The notes beneath the pieces were generated by a model. The model saw nothing but the letters and a program-made list of their open reading frames with translations. It ran no database searches and was not told the DNA's origin. Of a stretch of 64,000 nt of DNA, positions 1 through 10,158 are shown piece after piece (the first letter of the stretch is position 1; each line of letters starts with the position of its first letter). The stretch lies in the IMG/VR virus record IMGVR_UViG_2609459826_000002; one strand, given 5' to 3'. The stretch is from a virus. Its lineage: Duplodnaviria > Heunggongvirae > Uroviricota > Caudoviricetes. The position numbers were made by a program, and so were the translations under genes.

Positions 1-349
<349 letters not shown>

Positions 350-352
350 CTA

Positions 353-600
353 TTGGCGTTCCGTTCTTCTGGCCGTCCGCTGCAATGCCAAATACTGTAA
401 TCGACAGCTGGTCCAGTATGGTGTTTTTGAAGTTCAACGGGGCGAAATTTTCTGCCTCTGATTACCCTGTGCTGGCGAAAGTGTTTCCTTCACTGGTATT
501 ACCTGAAGCCCGCGGTGATTTCATTCGTATCTGGGATGACGGGCGAGGTGCCGATGGTGGTCGCGAATTATTAAGCTGGCAGGAAGCTACAAACTTTTCT
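353..600 (+). pseudogene. Tail fibre gene fragment (Stf/tail-collar-like motif), inverted relative to the tail module
   Basis: Plus-strand translation IGVPFFWPSAAMPNTV...FNGAKFSASDYPVLAKVFPS..LPEARGDFIRIWDDGRGADGGRELLSWQE resembles the conserved side-tail-fibre motif; no intact N- or C-terminal context; boundaries approximate. Confidence 0.5.
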
Positions 601-819
601 CAGTTTGCTGCGCTGAAGCAGCCACAGTCGGGAGCCGTAACGGTCATTCTGTACCGCAGGCCAGGTATCCCCCCACCATCCCATCGGGACGTCGGCGTTG
701 TCATCAGGCTCCGCCCGCCGCCAGGTAAACAGGGAAATCACCACGGCGCGGGTCAGCGGATCCAGCGGTGCGCTGGCGCAGGTGCGTTTACCGTTCACCG
801 TCAGCCACAGTTCCATCAT
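571..819 (-). CDS. Mu gp46-like baseplate protein, apparently 3'-truncated at a rearrangement junction near 595
   Basis: 82-aa ORF with conserved-looking core ISLFTWRRAEPDDNADVPMGWWGDTWPAVQNDRYGSRLWLLQRSKL; ATGA overlap with upstream gpV-like gene; C-terminal residues read antisense into the tail-fibre fragment. Family assignment from memory. Confidence 0.45.
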   Translation of the reverse strand: MMELWLTVNGKRTCASAPLDPLTRAVVISLFTWRRAEPDDNADVPMGWWGDTWPAVQNDRYGSRLWLLQRSKLRKVCSFLPA

Positions 820-1364
820 GCCTCCATCGCTTTATCCGGTTTGTCGGTGTTACTGCCCTGACCGTTCTCTCTGTGACGATGCCCGTTATAGGCAAGCCGC
901 ATCGCTGACATGGTGGTACCGCCGGAGTCGCACAGGTCTTTCACCTGTCCGGTCACTTCCAGGTCCATTTCAAAACGTGCTCTGGGCGCATTGCGAAACG
1001 TGATCGTTTTACCTGCACCGTCCACCACGATCCCCTCCCGGGTCAGCGTCACAGACTGCCCCTGATCGTCATAGACAGCCACCTCACCCGTCTGCAGCCC
1101 TTTCAGGCGGTAGCGCCGGTCCGACACCGTAACAACCACCGCATGAGAACGGTCGCCATCCGGAAACAACACCACCGCTTCCGCACCGCTGTTTGCCCTT
1201 GCGGTAAAACCGTAGGGTTCAAGATGTTCAATCCCGGCTTTGGGTTCACCGGCAATCAGGGACACATCCACGGTCTGACATTTCGTGGCGGCACTGATGC
1301 TTTTCACCACTGCCCGCCCAATCAGGCCGAGAAGTTGTCGCTGCATGGCTTCAATCGTCCTCAT
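816..1364 (-). CDS. Baseplate assembly/spike protein V-like (P2 gpV / Mu gp45 family)
   Basis: 182-aa ORF, position downstream of gpP-like hub gene, sequence resembles phage baseplate assembly protein V. Confidence 0.7.
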   Translation of the reverse strand: MRTIEAMQRQLLGLIGRAVVKSISAATKCQTVDVSLIAGEPKAGIEHLEPYGFTARANSGAEAVVLFPDGDRSHAVVVTVSDRRYRLKGLQTGEVAVYDDQGQSVTLTREGIVVDGAGKTITFRNAPRARFEMDLEVTGQVKDLCDSGGTTMSAMRLAYNGHRHRENGQGSNTDKPDKAMEA

Positions 1365-2443
1365 CAGAACGGGTCCTCCTGTACTCTGGCTTTTTTCTTT
1401 TTCCGCGCGCCGGGGTCTTCGGGTTCAGGCAGATAAGCATCAGGCGGGCCGACACGGATTTCCGTCAGGGTGCCGTTCTGGTCCTGAGTAAACGTGACTT
1501 CCGAAACAAGCAGTTCGGTATTGTCGAAACCACAGACCGGATCGAAGACAATCACCCGCTGGTTGGGCTGCCACAGCGTACCGTTACCCTGTCGCCAGCC
1601 CTGAACCACATAGGTGGTTTCATCCGTCCGCGCCGCCCGTTGTCGGGCTTCAAAGTCCGCACGGGCAATACAGCCTGCCCCCGTAGCCTGCCCTGTCTGC
1701 CTGATATACATCGGACGGTAACGGGCAATAAATGCGTCCTCTGTGCGGGCCCGCAGCGCGGTGGTGGTGGCCTCACCGAAATCATCGTCGTTTCCGGCAC
1801 GCTGCCCCGCCACCTGGTAAACAGAAAACCGCTCCCGGATACTCTTCTCCGTATCACAGGAAAGGATATTTTCCCCAAGTACCAGCGCGGTATGTGCCCG
1901 CGTTGAGCCAATACCGCCAATCACCAGCCTGCCGTGCGGGTCGTCGTAAGCCAGTGCCTGCTGCTGACCGAGTATTTTGTTGATCACCTCAATCACCGTT
2001 TCGCCGTGATCAGGCTGGACATCAGGAATAACACCCGACGGCGCACTGTTGTTCACCACCTCAATGCCGAAAGGCGCAGCAAGCGCCTGCGTAATCTGTA
2101 CCAGCGATCGTCCGTTAAACTGTGTCGGTTCGGCTGCACAGTCAATCAGGTCAGCGGTCAGACTGCGTCCGGCAATACCGGTGCTGACCGAACGGGCATC
2201 GTAACGAACGGGCGTCGCCTCCACCCAGCCGGTGATCACCAGCTCATCACCAATCAGCACCTCCACTTTTGAACCGTTTTTAATGCGCGGCTGAAGCGTG
2301 GTGATACCCTCATCTCCCGGCCACTGTCGGGTGATCTCCACACTGAAATCCCGCGCCAGCCGTTCAATACCGGCACCGATGCGTACCGATGTCCAGCCAT
2401 TCCACTCCCGGCCATTTACCCGTAGCGTGACATTGTCGTTCAT
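1364..2443 (-). CDS. Tail/baseplate hub protein (Mu gpP / P2 gpD-like late control D family)
   Basis: 359-aa ORF; overlapping stop/start with neighbours; conserved position after DNA circularisation gene. Confidence 0.75.
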   Translation of the reverse strand: MNDNVTLRVNGREWNGWTSVRIGAGIERLARDFSVEITRQWPGDEGITTLQPRIKNGSKVEVLIGDELVITGWVEATPVRYDARSVSTGIAGRSLTADLIDCAAEPTQFNGRSLVQITQALAAPFGIEVVNNSAPSGVIPDVQPDHGETVIEVINKILGQQQALAYDDPHGRLVIGGIGSTRAHTALVLGENILSCDTEKSIRERFSVYQVAGQRAGNDDDFGEATTTALRARTEDAFIARYRPMYIRQTGQATGAGCIARADFEARQRAARTDETTYVVQGWRQGNGTLWQPNQRVIVFDPVCGFDNTELLVSEVTFTQDQNGTLTEIRVGPPDAYLPEPEDPGARKKKKARVQEDPF

Positions 2444-3774
2444 TGCACTGGCACCTTCAGAGGGATCACCGGCACAAAGCCGGGATGCGTAATGGCATTA
2501 CGCCGGATAATGTCCGCGTCACGCGCCGCGTTATCAAACCAGGTCGCCGCCAGCACCAGCGCGGGTAAAACCTCATCCGGTGTGCGCTGAATGATCCGTG
2601 CAGACTGTTCAAGGCGCGTGTTGATATCCGCATTCAGATCTGCTTTCACCCGGCGCAGCGCCAGAAACAGCGCATCACTGGTTGTACGGGACAACTCCTT
2701 ATCAATTGCCGTATTCAGTGTGTCGCGAATGTCAGTCAGTTCTTCCCACGTCGGCAGGTCAACCGTGTTTTTCACCGCCGGTGCATTGTTCAGTGCCGGA
2801 TGCGTGACGGAAGGCCAGCCAGTGCTCTGCGCAGGTGTTGTTGCCTGCCCCACTGCGGAATTCTGCATCACCGCGGAAGTTGTTGGCGCAGGCAATCGGG
2901 TGATGGCATACGCCGCTTCGCTGATTGCGGTCGTACGAAGGGTGCTGGCAACCACATTACGCTGCTGCGTAGCCGTGGCGGTGGTTTTACTGTCCGTTTT
3001 CCAGACGCCGCGCGGTTGCAGATCGCTGCCGAGGCTGACACCGGAAAGCGTTTTGATCATGGTGACCAGGTCGCTGGCGTTACCATAAAGGCGTTTCCCG
3101 GTACGCCACATTTTCTGCACCTGCTCAACGAAATTTTTGCCTGACGATGGCGGCGGCAGAAGTACCGAGATATCCCCCTGCAACAGCCTGGCGGCATCCG
3201 ATACGGCAGAATCCACCACTTTCATCGCATCAGAAACATACCCCAGCATTATGCTGGCATTACCGATAACGTCGTTCTGCACGAAATCCGCCACACCATC
3301 GATACTGAAACCGCTGAAGCTGTCACTGATGCAGTCATCCAGTGCAGAACAGGATGACATCAGCGTCTGCGCCGTCGCCGCACCTGATGTGGGGTAAGAG
3401 AGTTCTCCTGCTTCGACAAACTTCAGGTCAAAGCGGACAATACGCCCTTCACTTTTCGATGTGCTGACCCGAACTTCCCCGTCAACACAGACTTTCAGCT
3501 CACCATATGTCGGGTGGACAAGCGTGCCGGGACCGGGTTTATTCAGCGCTTCAATCAGGCGATCGCGCTGGTCAAAGCAGTCATCTCCCACCACATAAGC
3601 TGTGATGGACGGGCGGAAAGTGACTTTTCCCAGATCTTCGGTATAGGGCTTGTCGCGGTTCGGGTATTCATGTGTTTCCACACGGCGACCGGTTCCCGCA
3701 CTTTCTTCTTCAACCTTAAACGGCACACCTCGAAATGACGCATCCTGAAGCCTGTCTTTCCACGTCATATACAC
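2440..3774 (-). CDS. Mu gpN-like DNA circularisation / tail protein
   Basis: 444-aa ORF beginning MYMTWKDRLQDASFRGVPFKVEE..., typical N-terminus of Mu N-like proteins; tail-module position. Confidence 0.75.
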   Translation of the reverse strand: MYMTWKDRLQDASFRGVPFKVEEESAGTGRRVETHEYPNRDKPYTEDLGKVTFRPSITAYVVGDDCFDQRDRLIEALNKPGPGTLVHPTYGELKVCVDGEVRVSTSKSEGRIVRFDLKFVEAGELSYPTSGAATAQTLMSSCSALDDCISDSFSGFSIDGVADFVQNDVIGNASIMLGYVSDAMKVVDSAVSDAARLLQGDISVLLPPPSSGKNFVEQVQKMWRTGKRLYGNASDLVTMIKTLSGVSLGSDLQPRGVWKTDSKTTATATQQRNVVASTLRTTAISEAAYAITRLPAPTTSAVMQNSAVGQATTPAQSTGWPSVTHPALNNAPAVKNTVDLPTWEELTDIRDTLNTAIDKELSRTTSDALFLALRRVKADLNADINTRLEQSARIIQRTPDEVLPALVLAATWFDNAARDADIIRRNAITHPGFVPVIPLKVPVQ

Positions 3775-3780
3775 TCCGAA

Positions 3781-3809
3781 AATAAAAAAGCCACCTATTA
3801 GAAGGTGGC
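3781..3809 (-). terminator. Rho-independent terminator downstream of the tail-operon moron
   Basis: Perfect 7-bp stem GCCACCT/AGGTGGC with 6-nt loop, followed on the minus strand by a T-run (plus strand AATAAAAAAG upstream). Confidence 0.6.
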
Positions 3810-3829
3810 CTTGTAATGAATTTTATTAA

Positions 3830-4360
3830 TTAGCGAGTCAGAAACAACGAATCTTTATACTTTTGCTGTTGTTCATTTAAATACTTAGCTGTTTCATCGC
3901 TGGCAAATGGAAATATTACCGTATTTTTAGGCATGGTAATTTCTTTTTTGTCCAGCGTCAGAGTAAACATAGGAACATACTGAGCAGAGTAACGCACCGC
4001 AGAAACGAGCTCTAGTTTAGACTCTTCAATAACACTTAAATTATCCAGGCTAACTTTCTCTTCATCTTTTTTCTTTGACGCATTTAAAGTTTTTATTACT
4101 TTATTTAATTTCTCCTGAAAATCCTCCTTAAAGTTTTCAGGATTGCCGTCGACAACAAGAATCTGTTCACCCTGATTATCTGGAAAAATAATCTTTGCAC
4201 TTATCAATTTATTTTCTTTATAAACATCACCAAGTTTTATGGCTCCTCCAGATAACTGAATAATATGTTCATCTTTAAAGGAGATGTTGCCAGAGATTAT
4301 GAGAGATGAAAAAATAGCCGCTGCTCCAAGAATTACACTTGCTGTGATATAGCCTTTCAT
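3830..4360 (-). CDS. Hypothetical secreted or membrane-anchored protein (moron inside tail operon)
   Basis: 176-aa ORF with N-terminal hydrophobic segment MKGYITASVILGAAAIFSSLIISG; visibly AT-rich relative to flanking tail genes; own upstream AT-rich region and downstream terminator. Confidence 0.6.
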   Translation of the reverse strand: MKGYITASVILGAAAIFSSLIISGNISFKDEHIIQLSGGAIKLGDVYKENKLISAKIIFPDNQGEQILVVDGNPENFKEDFQEKLNKVIKTLNASKKKDEEKVSLDNLSVIEESKLELVSAVRYSAQYVPMFTLTLDKKEITMPKNTVIFPFASDETAKYLNEQQQKYKDSLFLTR

Positions 4361-4451
4361 TTTTCGCCTATTAACATTTTTCTAAATGTGCATTAATTCT
4401 ATCACTCTATTTATGACTTACAACCAGCAATACATGTGAGGGGAATCCTGG

Positions 4452-6284
4452 CTACCAAAATCGGGTATAGCCAACATCGTGATTTATATCAATGCCACTG
4501 GAGCGTGTTTCCGTAACCCGCATACCTGGTGGCATATTTATAAATGATACCTTGATCTCACCATCAACTTTTGGCGCGGTAGCTTTATTAATCATGAAGG
4601 GATTCGAGCCTGTGGCATCGGAGGCGTTGTTTGCCTGAGCCGGATCCACCGCCGGATAAGGAGTGTATCCCCGTGCCGGTATTCCCGTCCCATAAGCATC
4701 ATAAGCACCCGCGCCCCACTGCGCAGAGTTAATGGCATCGACCGTGTCACCGGAACTGTCGGTAAACCACTCAATAATTGGCTTCAGCTTGTCCCACATA
4801 TCCTGAAACCACTTAACAACCGGCCCCCAGTTATTGATCACCATCCCCATCGGCGACCAGGCAAAAACTTTCTTAAGGAGTTCCCAGCCAGCCTCAAAAT
4901 AAGGACCAATGGTTTCCCAGAGCTTCTTGAAATAAGGTCCGACAACATCCCAGTTAGTGATAATTAATCCCGCAGCCAGGGCTATCGCCGTCGCAATCAT
5001 GCCAATCGGCGTCATCGACATGATCCTGCTGACAATGCTGATGGCACTGCCCACGCCCATCAATCCCAGTTTCAGAATCGCAAGACCGGCAGCAAGCCCG
5101 ACGACGCCGCGAATAACCCGGGGATTTTCATCCGCAAACTTCGTGAATTTTTCCCCCAACTCCCCCAGCCATTGCGTGATATTTTTAGCGTCACCAGAAA
5201 ATGCGCCGCCAATAGCCGCAAGGCCGTTAGTTGCGGTCCCTGTCATTGCCTCCCACAGGTTGGACAGCGTACCAAGCTGTGCCTGAACACGTTTATTCAG
5301 GCTGGCCTGTTTATTCATCTTCTGCTGGATCTGATCGTAGCCATCCTTTCCTTTATCGATTAGTGCATTGACCACCTGAAGGGTTTCGGCATCATCACCA
5401 AATATTGCCTTAAGTACACCGGTTCGCTTAACGTCGGTCAGTTTTCGCAGCTTTGCCAGTTGCCCGAACATGTTATCAAGACCGCCAAAACTCCCTTTGC
5501 CATCAGTAAAATCGAGCTGTACCCCGAGTTTCTGGCGGGCCATGATTTTATTGACGTCCCTGATTTTCTTAACGCTTAATCCGGACTGGATAACTTTTCG
5601 CAGGGCATTACCTGCCGACTCCCCGTTCATCCCCATCTGATCCATCATGACACTGATGGGGGCAAGACTCTGTGCAGCCTGAAGACCGTCCTTATTCACC
5701 ATCTTCAGAACAGAGCTGGTTTTAGTGAAGAATGACAGCATGTTGGTGTCGTCAACGCCCAGATAAAACGCCTTCTGAATTGTGTCGAACAGCCCCATCA
5801 TGTCTTCTGAGGCCGTTCCGGTAGCATCCTGCATCTTTGCGGCAAACTCGGCAGCCGCTTCCGGTGTTTTTTTCAGTTGTACCGCAAGATAAGCTGTCGC
5901 TTTACCCACACCACCCAGAATGTTTTCTGCCGGGATCCCCTGACGCACCAGCATCTGCATCATGTTCTGGAAATCAGCCGTTGTACCGGGTAGCTGGTTA
6001 CCCAGGCCAATAGCCAGTTTATTGATGTCCTGAAAGCTCTTTCCAACCTCGCCGTTCGCATCCATCATGGCGACTTTCAGCCCGGTAGCGGCGTTTTCCT
6101 GATCGGCATAAGATTTCAGGGAAAGCGTCAGCCCCGCTGCCAATCCGCCACCAAGCGCCAGCCCACCCTGTGACGCCTCTTCCGCCTGGCGTTTAAATCC
6201 CCGGATTTTCTTTTGCATTTTCGACAGCGCGGGAGAAAGCCTGTCGACACCGGTGATCAACGCCTTAAGCTCAAATTCAGCCAT
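4452..6284 (-). CDS. Tail tape measure protein
   Basis: 610-aa ORF, Gly/Ala-rich central region with hydrophobic segments, located between chaperone and baseplate genes. Confidence 0.8.
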   Translation of the reverse strand: MAEFELKALITGVDRLSPALSKMQKKIRGFKRQAEEASQGGLALGGGLAAGLTLSLKSYADQENAATGLKVAMMDANGEVGKSFQDINKLAIGLGNQLPGTTADFQNMMQMLVRQGIPAENILGGVGKATAYLAVQLKKTPEAAAEFAAKMQDATGTASEDMMGLFDTIQKAFYLGVDDTNMLSFFTKTSSVLKMVNKDGLQAAQSLAPISVMMDQMGMNGESAGNALRKVIQSGLSVKKIRDVNKIMARQKLGVQLDFTDGKGSFGGLDNMFGQLAKLRKLTDVKRTGVLKAIFGDDAETLQVVNALIDKGKDGYDQIQQKMNKQASLNKRVQAQLGTLSNLWEAMTGTATNGLAAIGGAFSGDAKNITQWLGELGEKFTKFADENPRVIRGVVGLAAGLAILKLGLMGVGSAISIVSRIMSMTPIGMIATAIALAAGLIITNWDVVGPYFKKLWETIGPYFEAGWELLKKVFAWSPMGMVINNWGPVVKWFQDMWDKLKPIIEWFTDSSGDTVDAINSAQWGAGAYDAYGTGIPARGYTPYPAVDPAQANNASDATGSNPFMINKATAPKVDGEIKVSFINMPPGMRVTETRSSGIDINHDVGYTRFW

Positions 6285-6459
6285 GTGTGCGTTTCTCCTG
6301 CTCTATCCTGTTTGCCTGACTGACCAGCAAGGGAATTTCACTGATCGGCATATTCAGCAATTCGAAGGGATTAATGCGCCAGTAGCTGGCGCAGTCAAAG
6401 AAGCGATCAGTGAGGTATTCAGCCGTCAGGCCTGGAGGAAAAAACCAGCCACAAGCCAC
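6277..6459 (-). CDS. -1 frame extension ORF of the tail assembly chaperone (frameshift product C-terminal part)
   Basis: ORF in the -1 frame overlapping the chaperone 3' end and ending at the tape measure start; contains FFPPGLTAEY immediately after the slippery site. Confidence 0.55.
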   Translation of the reverse strand: MACGWFFPPGLTAEYLTDRFFDCASYWRINPFELLNMPISEIPLLVSQANRIEQEKRTHG

Positions 6460-6695
6460 GCCGCTGCATTCAGGTCTGCCGGAGACATCTGGTCGACAGA
6501 GCTTTGCGGCACTTTCGCCAGCCGCACAATGTATTTCGACACCACATGCGCCAGAAGTCTGACGGACTCATCCTGATTCATCTGGTAGGGATACCCCAGC
6601 TCGCGGACATCCTTCCCGGTGGGTTCATCAAACTCCAGTACGGAGAGTGTCTCACCATGAGCGATAATCGGTTTCTTTAACTCAAGCTCTTTCAT
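6426..6695 (-). CDS. Tail assembly chaperone (Mu gp41 / lambda G-like)
   Basis: 89-aa ORF between tail tube and tape measure; overlapping downstream -1 frame ORF. Confidence 0.65.
   Translation of the reverse strand: MKELELKKPIIAHGETLSVLEFDEPTGKDVRELGYPYQMNQDESVRLLAHVVSKYIVRLAKVPQSSVDQMSPADLNAAAWLVAGFFLQA
6438..6444 (-). promoter_or_regulatory. Candidate -1 programmed ribosomal frameshift slippery heptamer T_TTT_TTC
   Basis: Minus-strand sequence GCT GGT TTT TTC CTC near the chaperone stop; the -1 frame continues as an open ORF to 6277. Confidence 0.55.
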
Positions 6696-7051
6696 TACTG
6701 GTAATCCCCTTCTTCACCGTGGAACTCAAGATCAACCGTGCCTTCTTCGGCATTATGGTTCGCTTCTCCGTGCAGCCAGGCGGACGACAATACATAGACC
6801 TGACCGTTCGCCAGCTCGGCAGTGATGGTCATCTCATCAGACGAGGTGATTTTGCTCACCGGAAAATTCTTCGGCACCTTGAAGGTCCCTTTGACATAAG
6901 GCGCACGGTGAGTTTCCTTGCGGTCCACTGAACCGTCCAGGCCGATGATGTCATCATTGACCGTCCTGTTCATGGGCACCTCAATGCCGCCGGTCAGCGA
7001 TAGCTGCTGACCGTCAATTTTGAAATAACAGGTTCCCCCGATACGGGCCAT
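6695..7051 (-). CDS. Tail tube protein (Mu gpM-like)
   Basis: 118-aa ORF directly downstream of the sheath gene with ATGA-type overlap. Confidence 0.75.
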   Translation of the reverse strand: MARIGGTCYFKIDGQQLSLTGGIEVPMNRTVNDDIIGLDGSVDRKETHRAPYVKGTFKVPKNFPVSKITSSDEMTITAELANGQVYVLSSAWLHGEANHNAEEGTVDLEFHGEEGDYQ

Positions 7052-8547
7052 TATGCAGACTCCTCTGAATACTGAAGACGGAACTGGTTAACCACGGCAA
7101 AGACACGCAACTGGTTAACATAGTCAGGCGGGAACAGCGTGTTCAGGCGGTTCGGATCGCTGGCATCACGCTCCACAACCAGGTACTGCTTAAACAGTTC
7201 GTAGTTTTCCACGATCCCCGCACGCTCAAGCTGACGGTAGGTTGCCAGCAGTTCCCCTTTGATCACCGCCGGGGTGACAATCGCCTGACCGGGACCAAAG
7301 CGGGTACCGTCACTGGCAAGCTTGTGACGCCCGTACTTACTGGTAATGACGGATTTCAGTTTGCGCAGTACATACGCGCTGGTATGCAGTGTCTCACTGT
7401 CGAGGTAGCTGTTATCCGCAACCCCGTAAGCGTTTTTCCTGTACGTGGTGACATCACGCTGAATGCGCAGTACCCCGCTTTCGACATACGCCGTTGCCAC
7501 GCCATGAGACAGCAGGGTCTGTTGTTCGGTCATCGTGAACCGTTTCCCCTTCGGCGCAGGCAGCATACCCACCAGCTCACCGGTCTGCGTGGGACGTGCC
7601 GGATCGTTGCGGATAAACACCGCTGCGCGGGCGGTACGGCTTGCCGCAAGTTCGTCGGCAGGCGTCTGGGTCTCTTTTTCGTACCCTGCCAGGGTAATGT
7701 GCTGCTGGTTAAACTGGTCACCTGCGGTCACCAGTTCTGACAGCGTGCCGATCTTTGCCGTATACACATGACCATACAGCTGACGCGCATAGCTCCAGCG
7801 ACCGCTGGTATCGTTCATCTCGGTCACCAGCGTGTTAACGGAGGCCGTGTCGTTGAACGGCAGGCCGATATAATCAAACGGCTCATCCGCCATTGCAGCC
7901 ACCGCGCCGGTGAGAACCGGAGCACCCGTTCCGGCGGTACCCGTCGCCACGGCAATCTGTACGCCCGCTGGCAGCACTTCGCCCCCACCAAAGCCGTAGT
8001 AATTGAGGCTGACAGGAATTTCATTCCCGCAAAGCCCCTTATGACGCGCGGTAAGTGTGACCACGCCTGCCGAAGATGAAGCCGTAAACGGCAGGGCCGG
8101 AACGGCATTGATGGCATCTTTGATACTGCTGGCAATCGTCGTGACGTTATCGCCGTTGGTCACCGGAGCCTGCACGCGGGTACGTCCCACATAGACATTC
8201 ACCGTGCCGCTTTCGGTTGCTTCCCCGGTCACCGCCAGCGTAACCGTTGCCGCCGCGCCTGTGGCTTCCGGAACGGCAATCACATACAGCTCACCAAACG
8301 GGTCTGTCTGGCGATAAGCCTCGACCATACGCGCCAGCTGACTTCCCGCACCACAAATCTGGCGTGCATAGTCTGCCGACGGCATCAGCACCAGACTGTT
8401 GGCAACAATCTCTGCACCGTTATTGGCATGACCAATCAGCAGCGATGCTCCGCTGTCCTGTGCAGTATTCGCAGCCTGGTTATCCATTTCCGCATAAAAC
8501 AGCGGAACCAGCGTATTCGACGGAATGGTGTTAAAGCTTATCGTCAT
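7051..8547 (-). CDS. Contractile tail sheath protein (Mu gpL-like)
   Basis: 498-aa ORF; size, position and composition typical of myovirus sheath proteins. Confidence 0.85.
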   Translation of the reverse strand: MTISFNTIPSNTLVPLFYAEMDNQAANTAQDSGASLLIGHANNGAEIVANSLVLMPSADYARQICGAGSQLARMVEAYRQTDPFGELYVIAVPEATGAAATVTLAVTGEATESGTVNVYVGRTRVQAPVTNGDNVTTIASSIKDAINAVPALPFTASSSAGVVTLTARHKGLCGNEIPVSLNYYGFGGGEVLPAGVQIAVATGTAGTGAPVLTGAVAAMADEPFDYIGLPFNDTASVNTLVTEMNDTSGRWSYARQLYGHVYTAKIGTLSELVTAGDQFNQQHITLAGYEKETQTPADELAASRTARAAVFIRNDPARPTQTGELVGMLPAPKGKRFTMTEQQTLLSHGVATAYVESGVLRIQRDVTTYRKNAYGVADNSYLDSETLHTSAYVLRKLKSVITSKYGRHKLASDGTRFGPGQAIVTPAVIKGELLATYRQLERAGIVENYELFKQYLVVERDASDPNRLNTLFPPDYVNQLRVFAVVNQFRLQYSEESA

Positions 8548-8709
8548 CGGTGTTCACCTTTTTATTCACGCGCCGGATATCACCCGCTGCTTCACGGCGC
8601 AGCCAGTAGTTGTTCTCGTCAACATTTCGCCCTTCGGCGGGCAAAAGGTCGCCGCGGGCAGGGTCAGGCACTGACCGCCCTTTAACAGGTTTGACAAACA
8701 TGAGGATCC

Positions 8710-9270
8710 TCAGGAAGGAAGGGTTATTTCGGTGTGATGTTCGATATCGCCGTCAGGCCCGTTACCGGGCTCGAGATAATCAACATCAATCGCCAGCGTT
8801 TGCAGTTCACCCAGACTGTTCAGATCATCCTGCTGGCGGGTATCGTCTTCAGTCAGCTCGCTGATGACCGAAAAATCGAACTGATAAATCAGCTCATGAC
8901 GATTCAGATCCAGCAGCGTGCCGCCGTCATAGGTAATCGGGTTACCGCACGCTTCCGGGTTCCAGCCCAGCAGGGCCTTAAAGAGCATTTGCCGGACATC
9001 GTCCACCACATCATACGAGGAAAACTGACCGCGCTCATCACGCCCGTTACTCAGTATGACAACCACGGAGAAGCCCTCTTTCAGCTCCTGCCAGTAGTCG
9101 GTCTGGCTTTTGTTTTCTCCCGGAGAGTCATCACCCGGTACCACATACGCCGCCGGGAGTCTCAGCTTTCCGACCTCCGGCAGATTTTTGAACTGTGCCG
9201 CGCCTGCCACCCGGTTTTCAAAATACGGGCAGCGGGCACGCAGCGCAGCAATAACAGGCGTCAGTTTCAT
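8710..9270 (-). CDS. Virion protein, candidate tail completion/terminator (Mu gp37-like)
   Basis: 186-aa ORF between head-tail joining genes and sheath; family assignment tentative. Confidence 0.4.
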   Translation of the reverse strand: MKLTPVIAALRARCPYFENRVAGAAQFKNLPEVGKLRLPAAYVVPGDDSPGENKSQTDYWQELKEGFSVVVILSNGRDERGQFSSYDVVDDVRQMLFKALLGWNPEACGNPITYDGGTLLDLNRHELIYQFDFSVISELTEDDTRQQDDLNSLGELQTLAIDVDYLEPGNGPDGDIEHHTEITLPS

Positions 9271-9773
9271 CTGTGTCGTCGCTCCGGCTTCAGTGATTTA
9301 CGCAATTCCCGCGCCAGAAAATAGCGTGTCCAGCTGCGGTTCTTTTCAAGCGTTTCCACCATGAAGTTATTACGTGGAGCCAGTCGCCAGCCGCTGCCAC
9401 CGGATGCACCACGATGATGACTACGACGACGTTTTGCTCCTCCCCGGACACCAAAAAACAGAAACGCCGGATAGAAGTCACCAGAGATCATCCGGTTCCC
9501 CTTCCCGTTGCGCTGGTTAGGGGCAATGCGTGTCATAAAACCGGCTCGCTTTTTACTGGCTCTCGGCACCATATAACCAATCGAACGAGCCAGGCGTCCG
9601 GTCTGATAACCGGGGTTTTCACCCGGTGCCGACCGCGCACGGCGCATCACCAGCCGACGGGCATCACGCATATGACGCTGCCCAATCGTGACAAACGCCC
9701 GCCGGACACGGGCGCGGTTAAAGCGCATCTCGGCGGGCTGCTGAACATCAACGTGAAAAAAGGGAGTCGCCAT
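9267..9773 (-). CDS. Head-tail joining / virion morphogenesis protein (HK97 gp10-like); true start may be internal
   Basis: Basic 168-aa ORF in head-tail connector cluster; 5' end overlaps upstream gene. Confidence 0.45.
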   Translation of the reverse strand: MATPFFHVDVQQPAEMRFNRARVRRAFVTIGQRHMRDARRLVMRRARSAPGENPGYQTGRLARSIGYMVPRASKKRAGFMTRIAPNQRNGKGNRMISGDFYPAFLFFGVRGGAKRRRSHHRGASGGSGWRLAPRNNFMVETLEKNRSWTRYFLARELRKSLKPERRHR

Positions 9774-10158
9774 TGCTGCCTCCGTGACTCTGCCTACATT
9801 CGCCCAGCTCCGTACACTCCAGCAGCAGAAAGCGCCGCGCCCCGTTCAGATCACGCTGACGTTTCACCCGGTACACACTGTCATCACAGACCACCTCATA
9901 ATCAGCAGTGATCCCCCGGCGGTAACGAATGGTGATGTAATGGGTGATGGCGTCCCCGGTCTGCGCGGTTTCCTGCCAGGTGGTGGCACTGGTCTGGATA
10001 ACCTTCGCCCATGTCCGGAACGTAACCGGGTATTGAGACTCCACGCCAAAGTTATCCGCGGGCATATCCACCCGCTGGCGGATCAGGACGCGTTTATTCA
10101 GTTCACCGGGGTCCGGCAGAATGTAGGTTGCGCTGGTCTGCGCCTGACGAATTTTCAT
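9748..10158 (-). CDS. Head closure / head-tail adaptor protein
   Basis: 136-aa ORF in connector cluster downstream of capsid gene. Confidence 0.5.
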   Translation of the reverse strand: MKIRQAQTSATYILPDPGELNKRVLIRQRVDMPADNFGVESQYPVTFRTWAKVIQTSATTWQETAQTGDAITHYITIRYRRGITADYEVVCDDSVYRVKRQRDLNGARRFLLLECTELGECRQSHGGSNGDSLFSR

